From the NCBI GenBank assembly GCA_022813865.1, contig JALDZX010000007.1, positions 558,001 to 622,000 on the forward strand: a stretch of DNA of 64,000 nucleotides. The letters are read 5' to 3'. The translations under genes were made by a program, and so were the position numbers. The notes under the pieces are model-generated. The model ran no database searches. It saw only the letters and a program-made list of their open reading frames with translations, and was not told the origin of the DNA. Shown one piece after another: positions 39,003 through 49,816 of this stretch; position 1 is the stretch's first letter; each line of letters opens with the position of its first letter. The DNA comes from Xylographa opegraphella. Its lineage: Eukaryota.

Positions 39003-39260
39003 CCCCTCACTTTGCGACCCCTCCACGATCTAGAACCTGCCTACGGAGTACCTGCCTTCCGAAAGCCATCATCTAGCATGAGCTTGCCGCACTCCAGCTC
39101 GCGATGCACCGCCGACAGGCTCTAAGTCACACGGAACTTGATTCACGCCCGGCTGCCAGCATTCCATGCTGACGACCCTCACACCCACCTTGCTGCGAGC
39201 AGGGCCCTTTCTTATACCCCTCCCTGTCCCCCCTTTTGCTCAATTGATGGATATGCCCCT
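39003..39260 (+). promoter_or_regulatory. Cluster of five STRE-like (CCCCT) motifs upstream of the Gly-rich gene
   Basis: CCCCT at 39003, 39018, 39217, 39230 and 39256, all within 325 bp of ATG 39324. Confidence 0.4.
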
Positions 39261-39323
39261 TGACGAACCGTGACTTCTGCATCAATTTATCTCTTACCCC
39301 ATCTTTCTCCCAACACACACACA

Positions 39324-40597
39324 ATGTCTGACTACAATACCCAAGTGAGCAGTGCTGAGCTCGACTGGCAGTTCTCGGTACTGATGATCGTAGGGTGGAG
39401 GTATGGGCGGTGGTGATTCTTACGACGTACGACGGATTGCCTTAATTTCTTGGGCACAGACGTTAACCCTCATCAGCAGTCATCCGGCGGAGCTGGTCAA
39501 GGCGGCATGGGTGGTAGAATGGGAAGCGGTGACTCCTACGACGTACGTCGCCATCCCGAGCTTTTCTTCCCGCAATACCCGGATTGACTTCGAGCAGCAG
39601 TCTTCGGGCGGTGGTGGAATGGGTAGCGGAATAGGCGGTGGGGACTCCTACGACGTAAGTCACTATCTTGAGCTGCTGCATCCCGAATTTCTAAACTAAC
39701 GTCGATGAGCAGTCGTCAGGCCGCGGTGGTCAAAGTGGCATGGGTGGTGGAATGGGTGGCGATGACTCTTATGACGTGAGTAGTCGCTACTGCTATGGAT
39801 GCTGGAGACGTAAAGCTGACTGCCGCAAAGCAATCTTCGTCAGGCGGCGGCATGGGAGGAGGTCAAGGAATGCGAGGAAGCAGCGGCATGGGTGGTGGAG
39901 ACTCATACGATGCATGTCGACGACTGTAGTCTCCACCTAGACTTGGGCTGAGCTGACGTTGAAACAGCAGTCGTCCGGCCAAGGCATGGGAGGTCGCTCA
40001 TCGGGCGGTATGGGTGGTATGGGCGGCAATGATTCGTACGGCGTTAGTAGTCTACACGGACTCCCATGTGGGCTTCCTTCAGCTGACTCGCGACCCTCAG
40101 TCATCTGGCCAGAGTGGTATGGGTGGCGGCGATTCGTACGGCGTTAGTGCTCCATGTGATCTCCCTTTTCAGCCTCACGTAACTGACTCTGAACCCTCAG
40201 TCATCTGGCCAGAGTGGTATGGGTGGCGGCGATTCGTACGGCGTTAGTGCTCCATCTGTGCTCCTGTTCCAGCTGCCTCGAACTGACTCTTTACCATCAG
40301 TCATCTGGTCAAGGAATGGGGGGTTCGTCTGGTGGCATGGGCGGCGGGAACGATAGCTACGATCAGTCGAGCTCTGGTGGAGGTGGTGGGTGTTCTGGCT
40401 GTCCAACAACAGGAGATGCCCTTTGCTGATAGCTGTTCACAGGATCTACCAAGGACAAAATCATGGACAAAGTTGGCGGTATGTTCCACAAAAAGGAGCA
40501 ACAGAGCGGAGGCATGGGTGGCGATTCATACGATAGCAGTCAGCAAGGCGGCCAGGGCGGAGGCTACGGTAACGACCAAAGCCAGAGCAACTACTAA
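39324..40597 (+). CDS. Gly/Ser/Met-rich repeat protein (hydrophilin/dehydrin-like), 11 exons, ~239 aa
   Basis: Exons 39324-39344, 39394-39426, 39477-39542, 39598-39654, 39713-39775, 39831-39911, 39968-40042, 40101-40142, 40201-40242, 40301-40385, 40443-40597. Introns are 49-58 nt with branch-site-like motifs and splice to an open frame of (Q)SSG..GMGGGDSY[D/G] repeats. Confidence 0.85.
40093..40255 (+). repeat. Recent 100-bp-period duplication of an exon plus flanking splice sites
   Basis: 40093-40155 is identical to 40193-40255 (63 nt). Confidence 0.95.
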
Positions 40598-41040
40598 GCT
40601 CGTCTCAGAATACCTTCCCGAGGTACTTGGTATCAGCTTGCTTTCAATCGAGGTAAGGTGGGGGAAACCCAGTGCATTACGACACTCTTTATAGTCACCT
40701 AAGCATTACCTTACCTGTCCTACATCTTCCACCCTGTGGCTCGTGAGGCGCTAGCTGAGAGTTTCGATACCGGGCAAGGTGACTAGGTCAGATATTTATC
40801 ATCGTCATTTGAATCCGTGAACCCTTCGTAGCTGAATTAGGTATTAAAGGTTCCTTCTTCCATTCAGTAGTGTCGTACTATGTCCCCAGTCGAGGAAGTA
40901 ATCAGCATGATATCAGTATTTGCACCAATCGTATCTTTCTAGTCTTGAAGCCCGCTCTCTGCACTATCTGTAACGAGTGGGGTTGTTCCCTTAGTGTTCT
41001 TGACTGAATTTGTTGCCACCTAAATCGGCCTCTATTCGCC

Positions 41041-42193
41041 ATGCAATCCGGCATTACTGGTACGCAGCCGTTTTGCATGAACACTCTGGAGACTAATTGC
41101 CGACATAGCATCTCAGGAACTCCATGATGCTTTCAACACGCTCGTCTCATCTCCCACCACGCAGCGGGGCCTCGTAGCAAGCATCAAGAACGAACAACTT
41201 GTGCCCATCGAAGTCATCGCTCAATCGTCGAACGACTTCTTTGAGGATATTGGAGCGCTCCAACCTCTTCTCAAAGATAATGAAGCCGCCTACATAATCG
41301 TGCGTCGATACCAGAACAGCCCAAGCGGCTATGCGGCCGTCACTTACGTCCCAGACACGGCCAACGTTCGGCAGAAGATGCTTTTCGCCGCTACGAGACT
41401 CACGCTGGTGCGAGAGCTGGGGACGGAGCGGTTCCGGGACACAATCTTCGTCACTACGAAGCAAGAGCTCACGGCTGAGGGGTGGCGGAAACACGACCAG
41501 CACGGGGAGTTGCAAGCCCCGCTGACGGAGGAGGAGCAGACACTACAAGGGGTGAAGGAAGCGGAGGCAGAAGCGGGACGGGGTACAACTTCCCGGAGTA
41601 GTCATGTCAGCAGTGGGCTCAGCTTCCCGATATCAGGGCACGCATTGAGTGCTCTGAAGGCACTGACGGAGGGAGGCGATAACCTTGTTCAGCTGGTACG
41701 CGCTACTCTAAAATCTGTCCTGAAATGTACCGCGTCACTGAATGTCCTACACAGATGATCGACGTAGGCCGCGAAGCCATCGAGCTCGTCGGCACGAGTA
41801 CGACGGAAGCCGAGGAGCTCTCGTCCCACATATCCGACAGCGACCCCCGGTACTCCTTCTTCCGATACAACCACGAACACGAGGGCCACGAGCTGTCCCC
41901 CATTGTCTTCATCTACACTTGCCCGTCCGGGTCGAAGATCAAAGATCGAATGATCTACGCCTCGTCAAGGGCTGGGGTCATTGCTGCCGCAGGCAAGGAA
42001 GCCGGCGTGGAGGTCGCAAAGAAGGTATTGTCGCTCCGGGGGGAGTCTCAGAGTCCGGCTGACATCTTCTGGTATTTAGTTGGAGGCATCAAGTTCATCT
42101 GAGATCACAGCGTCAACCATTCGGGAGGAGTTCAAACCCCAGCAGGAACAGAAGCAGACGTTTTCGAGGCCGAAGCGGCCTGGGAAGCGGTAA
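41041..42193 (+). CDS. TWF1: Twinfilin (two ADF-H domains)
   Basis: MQSGIT|ASQELH, YVPDTANVRQKMLFAATRLTLVRELG, FIYTCPSGSKIKDRMIYASS, ending FSRPKRPGKR*. Confidence 0.93.
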
Positions 42194-43015
42194 GGAGGAT
42201 GGACCGTCCATTACAAATGGCGTTTCACGAGTACTGGAAGCCCACCATCACCCATTCTATAACTTGCAGTCCATTTGCCAGCTTTATCACTATACTGTCT
42301 ATACGTACGCATATCTTCACAGTACTTCGTACTCTAGTGGCATGGTTTCTCATGACGATGTCGTACCTCCGGTCAACCTCGGCACATTGGTAGGGCTGAC
42401 CCTGGAGCCGAAGCGCTAGCATTCAACGCTAGCCCCCGCATTGCCGCATCGGTCTTCACATGCAAAAGAGTCCTTCGACGACAAGACTGACAGCGTTGAA
42501 GCCATTCGATGTGAATTGATGGCGATGTGTGTTCATTCGCTACTCATAACAATTGAAGTCTATCTTACTATATGACTTTAAGAGGCCCACCTTAGTCCTT
42601 GTCCAACATGGAGTTACCCATTGGGCAAGAAGCCCGGGTAGACTCCATACTTTCGGACTTCCGCTCGCCCTGAAGAGCCAATTCAAGCTTCCTTTGAGCC
42701 TTCTCTATCCTCGGTACGCCATAAGCCTTGATGGGCTGGACTATGTCTCATGACTTGACGTAGACCCGGCCACTCCCATTGGCGGGCAATCTCGGCCGGT
42801 TGTTCCTGTCCTCAAACCTTTCACCTTTGCGTGTCTGCGCCCATGTGCTTCTGGTCCATTCACACTTTATTTTTTTGCTTCCAAAATCGGCTCATTGATA
42901 CGGTGACTTGAAGTTTCGAGCCTTCTAGCTGCTCACATCCCTTGGTGATCTGTGGACTTCACTTCATTATTCGTTTCCACCCTTCGGGGAGAGCTGCTAG
43001 GAATTCCAGCCCTCG

Positions 43016-44204
43016 ATGTCCGCCAAAAATGTCAATGGTCCTGGAGGCAAGAAGCCTGCTTCGGCCGCTACGAATCTTATCGGTAGCAATTTTTCCTCTA
43101 CAACACGCTCATGGCAATACTGATAGCCCTTCCATAGCTGGTGGGACCGCGGGCATGATAGAGGCTCTAGTATGTCATCCACTAGGTTGGTCATATCTAT
43201 AGCGTATGAGGCGACTCTACTCACCGTCTCAGACACTATCAAGGTTCGGATGCAGCTTTCGCGGCGCGCAAGAGCACCAGGGGTACGTTCCTTCAGCACT
43301 CTACCTCGGCATCCATAACTCTGATTGGCATGGGGACAGATGAAGCGAAGGGGCTTCTTGACAACTGGGAAAGAAATCATCAGAAAGGAGACGCCTCTGG
43401 CGCTGTACAAGGGCCTTGGGGCTGTGATGACGGGGATTGTTCCGAAAATGGCGATCCGCTTTACATCCTATGAATGGTACAAACAATTGATGGCGGACAA
43501 GGAAACCGGTGCCGTGAGTGGGAGGAGCACATTCTTAGGTGAGGTCGTTGAAACCTTTCAAAGTTTCCATCGCTCACAACACCACTTTAGCTGGGCTGGC
43601 TGCTGGAGTTACAGAAGCCGTAGCGGTCGTCACACCAATGGAAGTTATCAAGATTCGGTTACAGGCTCAATACCATTCCATGGCTGATCCTTTGGATATT
43701 CCCAAATATCGTAATGCTGCACATGCACTTTACACCGTTCTGAGAGAAGAGGGGTTCGGCGCAATATACCGAGGTGTTGCTCTGACCGCTTTACGGCAAG
43801 GCACGAATCAAGCCGTCAACTTCACCGCCTACTCCGAGTTCAAGTCCCTATTGCAGCAATGGCAACCTGCCTACCACGACAAGGAACTTCCAAGTTACCA
43901 GACCATGCTAATTGGACTGGTCAGTGGAGCTATGGGACCGTTGAGCAACGCTCCGATAGACACCATTAAAACGAGACTACAACGAACGCCTGCTCGAGAG
44001 GGAGAAACAGCCATGTCGAGGGTAAGAGCTATTGCCAGGGACATGTTCAAACAAGAAGGCTTCCATGCGTTCTACAAGGGCATCACACCGAGAATCATGC
44101 GAGTTGCACCGGGTCAGGCTGTGACGTTTACGGTGTATGAATATGTCAAGGGGAAGCTCGAGCATAGTAATTTGGCGATAGTGGGCGGTTCATATGAGGA
44201 GTAG
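43016..44204 (+). CDS. SFC1: Mitochondrial succinate/fumarate carrier (Sfc1/AcuL)
   Basis: ATNLI|AGGTAGMIEALVCHPL|DTIKVRMQLS, GIVPKMAIRFTSYE, DPLDIPKYRNAAHA, ITPRIMRVAPGQAVTFTVYE. Confidence 0.93.
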
Positions 44205-44646
44205 TCTGCATGATGGACTGTCTCCACTGGAAGAGCCGTCTGGAGCGTGTCGATATTGTATACAAGTCCATATGCCGCAACTAGTGAAAGCTTTCGCAGC
44301 GCACCATTGAAATCTAAGCTTGCTGAGGATATACGGCTTCGACAATAGCCTACCAACCCCTGGGCGTTCTGCTGGCAACCCAAGATAGCATCCGTTGGCA
44401 TTTTGTTTTCGCTTTCGAGACCACTGCTCTGAGCGTGGGTAGTTTTGTATTGCAACCTGCAAACGCCGTTCCAGAGACAAGTGGGAGTATGCATCTCTTG
44501 CTCTATCTCCACAAGCCAGTCGGTTCAGCTTTGCCGGCCTAGGTGTCGTCTGAGACTCACCATACAGCCCGGCAACGAAGCCCATCAGCGTACTATCACT
44601 TCCAACCAGGGTTTCTCTTCAACAAGCTCAAGCTCCCTCACCTCGA

Positions 44647-45348
44647 CTAACACAGTCCCTCCACCCCCCCTCCCCCACTCTCCCCCTCCCCCCCCTCCCT
44701 CTCCCCCTCCCCCCCCTCCCTCTCCCACATCTCGAACTCCCACTCCACGCCCCCCTCCTCCCTCCTCCCCTCCGGCACCACCTCCCCCACCCACCGATCC
44801 AACTCCCCCTTCCTCCTCCTCACCCACCCCCCCTCCCCGCCCCCCAACCTCAGCGGAAAAAAAGTATCACACTCGAAATCGGTCCACACCCGCGTCAACA
44901 ACACGCGCCGACACCCCCCCCCCGCCAGCGCCGCGGCATAGATCTCCGCACCCCCAATCACAAACACGCGATGGACGTCCCGCCCCGCCAGCACCTCCCA
45001 CCCCTCGCTCAGACTCCGCACCGCATACGGGCCCTCCTCCACGGCCCCCGCTCCTTTGTCAACGTGCTCCAGCGCCCCCCGCCGCGTCACTACCACATTC
45101 ACCCGCCCCCGCAGCGGCCGCGCAGCGGCCGGGATGCTCTCCCACGTCTTGCGGCCCATCACTACGGCGTTGAGGCGCCCCGCCGGCGCCCGCCGTGTCA
45201 CGCGCGCGAAGTAGGCCATTTCGGAGCGGAGGGGTGGCCAGGGTAGGGTGGAGCGGTGGCCGATGCCGAGGGTGGAGTGCGTGGCGGCCACGAGGAGCGT
45301 GAGCGGTGGGGGTGGGGGCGGGGGCATGCTGGGAGGGGGGGAGGGCAT
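44647..45348 (-). CDS. DFR1: Dihydrofolate reductase
   Basis: LGIGHRSTLPWP, EMAYFARVT, NAVVMGRKTWESIP, RPLRGRVNVVVTR, VFVIGGAEIY, DFECDTFFP. Start is probably 45348, not the upstream ATG in the ORF track. Confidence 0.93.
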   Translation of the reverse strand: MPSPPPSMPPPPPPPLTLLVAATHSTLGIGHRSTLPWPPLRSEMAYFARVTRRAPAGRLNAVVMGRKTWESIPAAARPLRGRVNVVVTRRGALEHVDKGAGAVEEGPYAVRSLSEGWEVLAGRDVHRVFVIGGAEIYAAALAGGGCRRVLLTRVWTDFECDTFFPLRLGGGEGGWVRRRKGELDRWVGEVVPEGRREEGGVEWEFEMWEREGGEGEREGGEGESGGGGVEGLC

Positions 45349-45529
45349 GTGAGTGCGTGGGTGGGTGAGTGAGGTGAATTGGGGGTTGTTGATCAGCGGG
45401 TGGGTTTGGGTGAGGGTGGTGGTGTTTGTGTTGTGTAAGGTAAGGTTGGTGAGAGATGGGACGTTGTTCATCTACCTAAGCATATCAAAATCCCCGCAGA
45501 TCCCTACCGCGACTAGCGGGCGAAAAGCC

Positions 45530-46171
45530 CTAGCCCGATTCCCTAGCATCAAGGACACGCTTTTCTACGGCTCTGAGCCCGTCCTCTCGCCCACCGCGCC
45601 CATGCTCCCTGCCCCCATCCCTCTCCGCCAATGCCCGCAACCCCACCACCACCCCCCTCGCACTCTCCTCCGCCGCTCCCTGCCCCTCCCCCCTCCCCAG
45701 CGTGTCCAGCTTCCCAAACAGCCACGCCTCCTTCAGCGCCCGCGTCAGCGCGAGGATGTCCTCCGCCGCTCGCACCTATGGCACACGCGTGCTCGGTCAA
45801 TCGGCTATTCACCACCACTGGCCTCGGAGAGCCGGATGGGAGGGGAGGGGGAGGGGGTACGGTACCAGTGCCGCGGTCTCCACTTCCATCTGGTACGCCT
45901 CCACGGCGGTCGTGATGAGCTGGGAGGTGGACATCTTGAAGGGGGGCTTAGCGGGAGGGGAAGGAGGGGGTTGGGAAGTAGGGGGGGGGGGGGGAGGTAC
46001 GGGCGCGAGGGCGACGATGTTTTCGAAGCGGCGGAGGAGTTGCGCGACGGGCGCGGTGGCGCGGTCTGTGCTGGGTGAGTAGGGGTGCGTGGGTTGGGGT
46101 GTTGGAAGGATGGGGAAAGGTGGAGGGGGCTGACCTAGCAGCGCGGCGGAGGTTTGCTTCGACGCGTCCAT
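45530..46171 (-). CDS. MED22: Mediator subunit Med22 (Srb6)
   Basis: QLLRRFENIVALA...AYQMEVETAAL|VRAAEDILALTRALKEAWLFGKL. 2 introns. Confidence 0.85.
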
Positions 46172-46628
46172 TGTGGACGGTAGGGTGGGGGAGGATGGAG
46201 AGTGGGGGTGGGATGGAGGAGGATTTAGTTGGCGATAGGATTGTAGATTGAATTGTTAATGTCGAGTAGATAAGTAGCATGCATTTCTTAGGGCTTATGT
46301 CTTCGATACCTTACAAACGACACAATCGTTTCCGTGATCCTACCTGCTTGAGTGTCAAGTCTTCAAGGCAGGCTACAAGTGGGTTCACCATCGGTCCGAT
46401 CGTGTCTTCCTTCTCGCATAGGAATTTTCATTCTTAGATCAACGTTAAGTGATATACGGTGGCACACAACGCCTAGTTGTATCGAGAAGAGTGCGATACC
46501 AAGCAGGCAGTCTTGAATTGGAACTAACATCCTATCTATCACTATCGATACACAATCATGGGCAAATCACGCACTGCAGGCCAAGGTCCAAACGCATCCA
46601 CAGACACCTAGCGAAGAGGGAACAAAAA

Positions 46629-48024
46629 CTAGAGACTGCTCTTTGAAGGCCCAAAAACCACGTTCTCCAGCCATTCACCGATCATCCCGTTGACTTGCTC
46701 CGGCGCTTGCCACAAGGCCCAATGGCCTGCCACAACTTCTCGACGCGTTAGTTTCGGGAAGTACTGCTCCATACCTCGGGCCAATTCTGGAGTCAGGACG
46801 GTGTCATTGCGCGCCTGCACGAACAGAACCGGGATATCGATGGTCGACTTCTCTGGTAAACTAAGTTCGAATTAGCGTGAGGTTCCCTGCAGACTGGGCT
46901 ACCCAAGGCGCAGTCCTACGTGAGCTCCTCTTTGTAGTTTAGCTCTCTGGTTCGATACCAATTCACTGGATTCCTGTCAGCAGGCGCCGAGTTTCAAGTT
47001 ACATTCCACGTACAAGTACTACCCAGTCCATGGTTGGTGTACTCGTTAACATAATAGTCCATTTCCTAATGGCCAATATGTTAAATCTTGGACATGCATT
47101 CCGGATCGCATCGCTTACCCTTTCGGTCAACAATGGGCTCGGGCCTATCTTCGGCACGTTCTCGAAGATAACTCCTTTCTCTGGACTGAATAAAATTTCA
47201 CCATTCGGGCCATGTCCCCCGTACAGGCCCCTGAGGAACTGCCGAATCTGGTCTTTGGATACGATCACCTTTTCGACTTCGCCACTCGCGAGATGAATTT
47301 GGTAGCCAAACTGCGGAAGCACTGTTCTGACAGCATCCTCCAGGGAGACAAAGCGCTTTGTCGGTGCCATGTAGGGCGTACAAACTGAGAAGAGATGTGA
47401 AACGAGCTCGGGATGCCAAAGAGCGACCCGGTACACGACGGCTCCTCCCCTAGAATTCGTGAGCTTGGGTCCTGCAGTGATCATACTCCCCTCTCACCAG
47501 TCATGCCCACCCAGGATAATACGTGACAGGCCTAGCTGTTTCGCCAATTCTTTGATATCATCTGCGGCTCGCTTGAAGCCATAGTTCGACAATGACTCCG
47601 GTGGGACATTGGGAGCATCCTGTAAGATCATCAATCATAACAAACAGAAATGACCCTGAAGCGACGACCACCCACTGTTCTTCCGTATCCCACCATATCA
47701 GGGCAGACGACCCGGAGGCCCATCTCCAGAAACATGGGAATTTGGTATCGCCAGCCCATCGACAGATCCGGCCATCCATGAATCTATTTGGTCAGCCAAT
47801 TTGAATAAATGTTCCCACCGGACGGGACTTACCAAAAAGACCGTGTTTCGCGGCTCGCTCCTGGGGTTACCGAGAAGGTAGTCTGAACAGGGTTATCAGA
47901 CTCGGAGATATAGAAGCTTTGGCAATTATCAAATCTGTCTCTTACGATAAGTTCGTCCATTGAGGACTGCCGTTTGGTGGCTGATCCTCGAATCATCATG
48001 AGGGTCAATTTTATCGTCAGCCAT
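46629..48024 (-). CDS. Alpha/beta-hydrolase, soluble epoxide hydrolase-like
   Basis: HGWPDLSMGWRYQIP, PDMVGYG, GGHD|WGGAVVYR, NWYRTRELN, GHWALWQ; ends SKSSL*. Many introns. Confidence 0.9.
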
Positions 48025-48431
48025 TTTCAGATTTCATGAAAAGCAGGTGTACAGCAGCTCGCAGAACATGGGCGCAGGATGTGCTTATAAGCGTCCTGAA
48101 ACATCAAATGCGGGCAAGTCGGGGAAATTGAATACCGCGGGTTCGGATAGCCGAGGCACAGGAAAACCAGAAAAGTGCGGTGTCGCCGAACAGTGCATCA
48201 ATATGGTCTGAAGGCATACGGAATGAAAAGCACCAGCTATATCGAATAATTCGTGGCACTGTCAGCTTCGTATAACCGAGGCAGACGCTTTTTGCTTCCT
48301 AGTCTAAGGTCGTATCTGCCATGCAATCATTGGCGGAAGAGCGCTCCTGCCAACCCATTCAATAGATTGTCCCTGTCAAATACAAACAAAGCTGCTCATG
48401 ACCACAAACGCACATTGAAATTAAAAAACAG

Positions 48432-49479
48432 TTAGTAGATAACCGTGTCTTCCTCTCCTTCAACCAGAACATCGCCTCCATCGTCGCCATGATCTTTGGG
48501 GAGCTCGGAAGGCGTCGAAGTATCTACTATCGACCCACTCTCGACAACGGGTTGGGGATTAGTATTGGGAACGGATGACGATTCAACGAGCTGTTCATCG
48601 TTAGTTAGTTGACCCACCGTCTCAGGCTTTTCGGATTCCACGTCGGTCATGGCAGTGTCCTTGGGCTGAATGGAATCATCGACCATCTTTGGGTTTTCAA
48701 TGCCATGTTCAATGTTCTCTCTTTCGATTGTGGCTTCGGCCTCCGCAATTTGTGCTTTGATCCTGACTTCATCCTCGGGTAGGAGATCCCACGGTTTGTA
48801 GTACTGCCAGACATTCAGCATACTGGTGAACCCGGGACAAATGTGGCTTACGAGCTTTGGCTCAGACTTTGTCTGCAGAAAGTTTGCCGTAGCTAGGAGG
48901 TTGGAATGCCTAATTTGCATCTGGAGTAAAAGTCAGACCGTCAAATATGATCTTGACCTCGGGGCGTGGGAAAATCTCTACCGATTGTTTGATGTACTTC
49001 TTCTGCTCCCGCCGCCTGACTTCCATCAGTGCGTCCAATCGAAGCTTTTTCTTTTCGTCATATTCCTCGTCCTGTAGCTTTAGCTTTGCTTGTTGCTTTT
49101 GCTCGATGTCTACGCGGCGCCGCTGTGCTGTTGAAGATGAGCTCTGTGCGAGAGTACCGAGCAGAGCGCCGAACAGTCTTTTCCCACGTTTGCGCTCCTC
49201 TACTTGCACGTTCGCCGCTTTCGTGGGCGGTTGCTTCATGGCTGCCGTCGAAGAAGGCTTGGTGTCATCACGTCCGGGAAATTCATCATGAGATAGCCGC
49301 GGCCTCTTGCTGCTGGAGTCAGATACGGATGATTGCCTTCTTTTTGAGGTCAACAGCGGAGAACCAGGCTCATCTACAGGATCGGGGACAATCACTGCAG
49401 ACGCGACCATACTGTGTAGGATATTAGCGATGCTTCGCAATGGTAGGAATGGAACAAGTAACATTTGGCCTTCTGCCAT
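48432..49479 (-). CDS. Pinin/SDK/MemA domain protein
   Basis: EERKRGKRLFGALLGTLAQ, RHSNLLATANFLQTKSEPKL|YYKPWDL, ending EGEEDTVIY*. Confidence 0.85.
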
Positions 49480-49816
49480 GATGGATCCCTATGCGTTCCT
49501 TCTGAGATGGAAGTATGTACATGAATTGGAAGAATTGCTCCAGGCAATAATCCAGTCGGAGAGCTTAGCTTAATGCTTCACCAGGTCTCGGTCGCAAATC
49601 GGCCGATTCTCCGGCTCGCCATGCGACCTTCGCTCGGACCTATCCTAGTGAGGCTAGCTCCTAGATACGATAAGAAGTGGGCCTTTCGACAACTGCATAC
49701 CTAGATACTTTATGTTTCACTGAATAATCACGGCAATAAACGAGTTATCATCAAACACATTACTATACCTAAATTACCCGTCTTGTTGATCAGAGATATA
49801 CATCATTCCTCCTTGA

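Noticed and set aside
39394..40300. CRISPR-like repeat-spacer appearance
   Set aside because: The repeats are coding exons and the spacers are spliceosomal introns; the context is eukaryotic with no cas genes.
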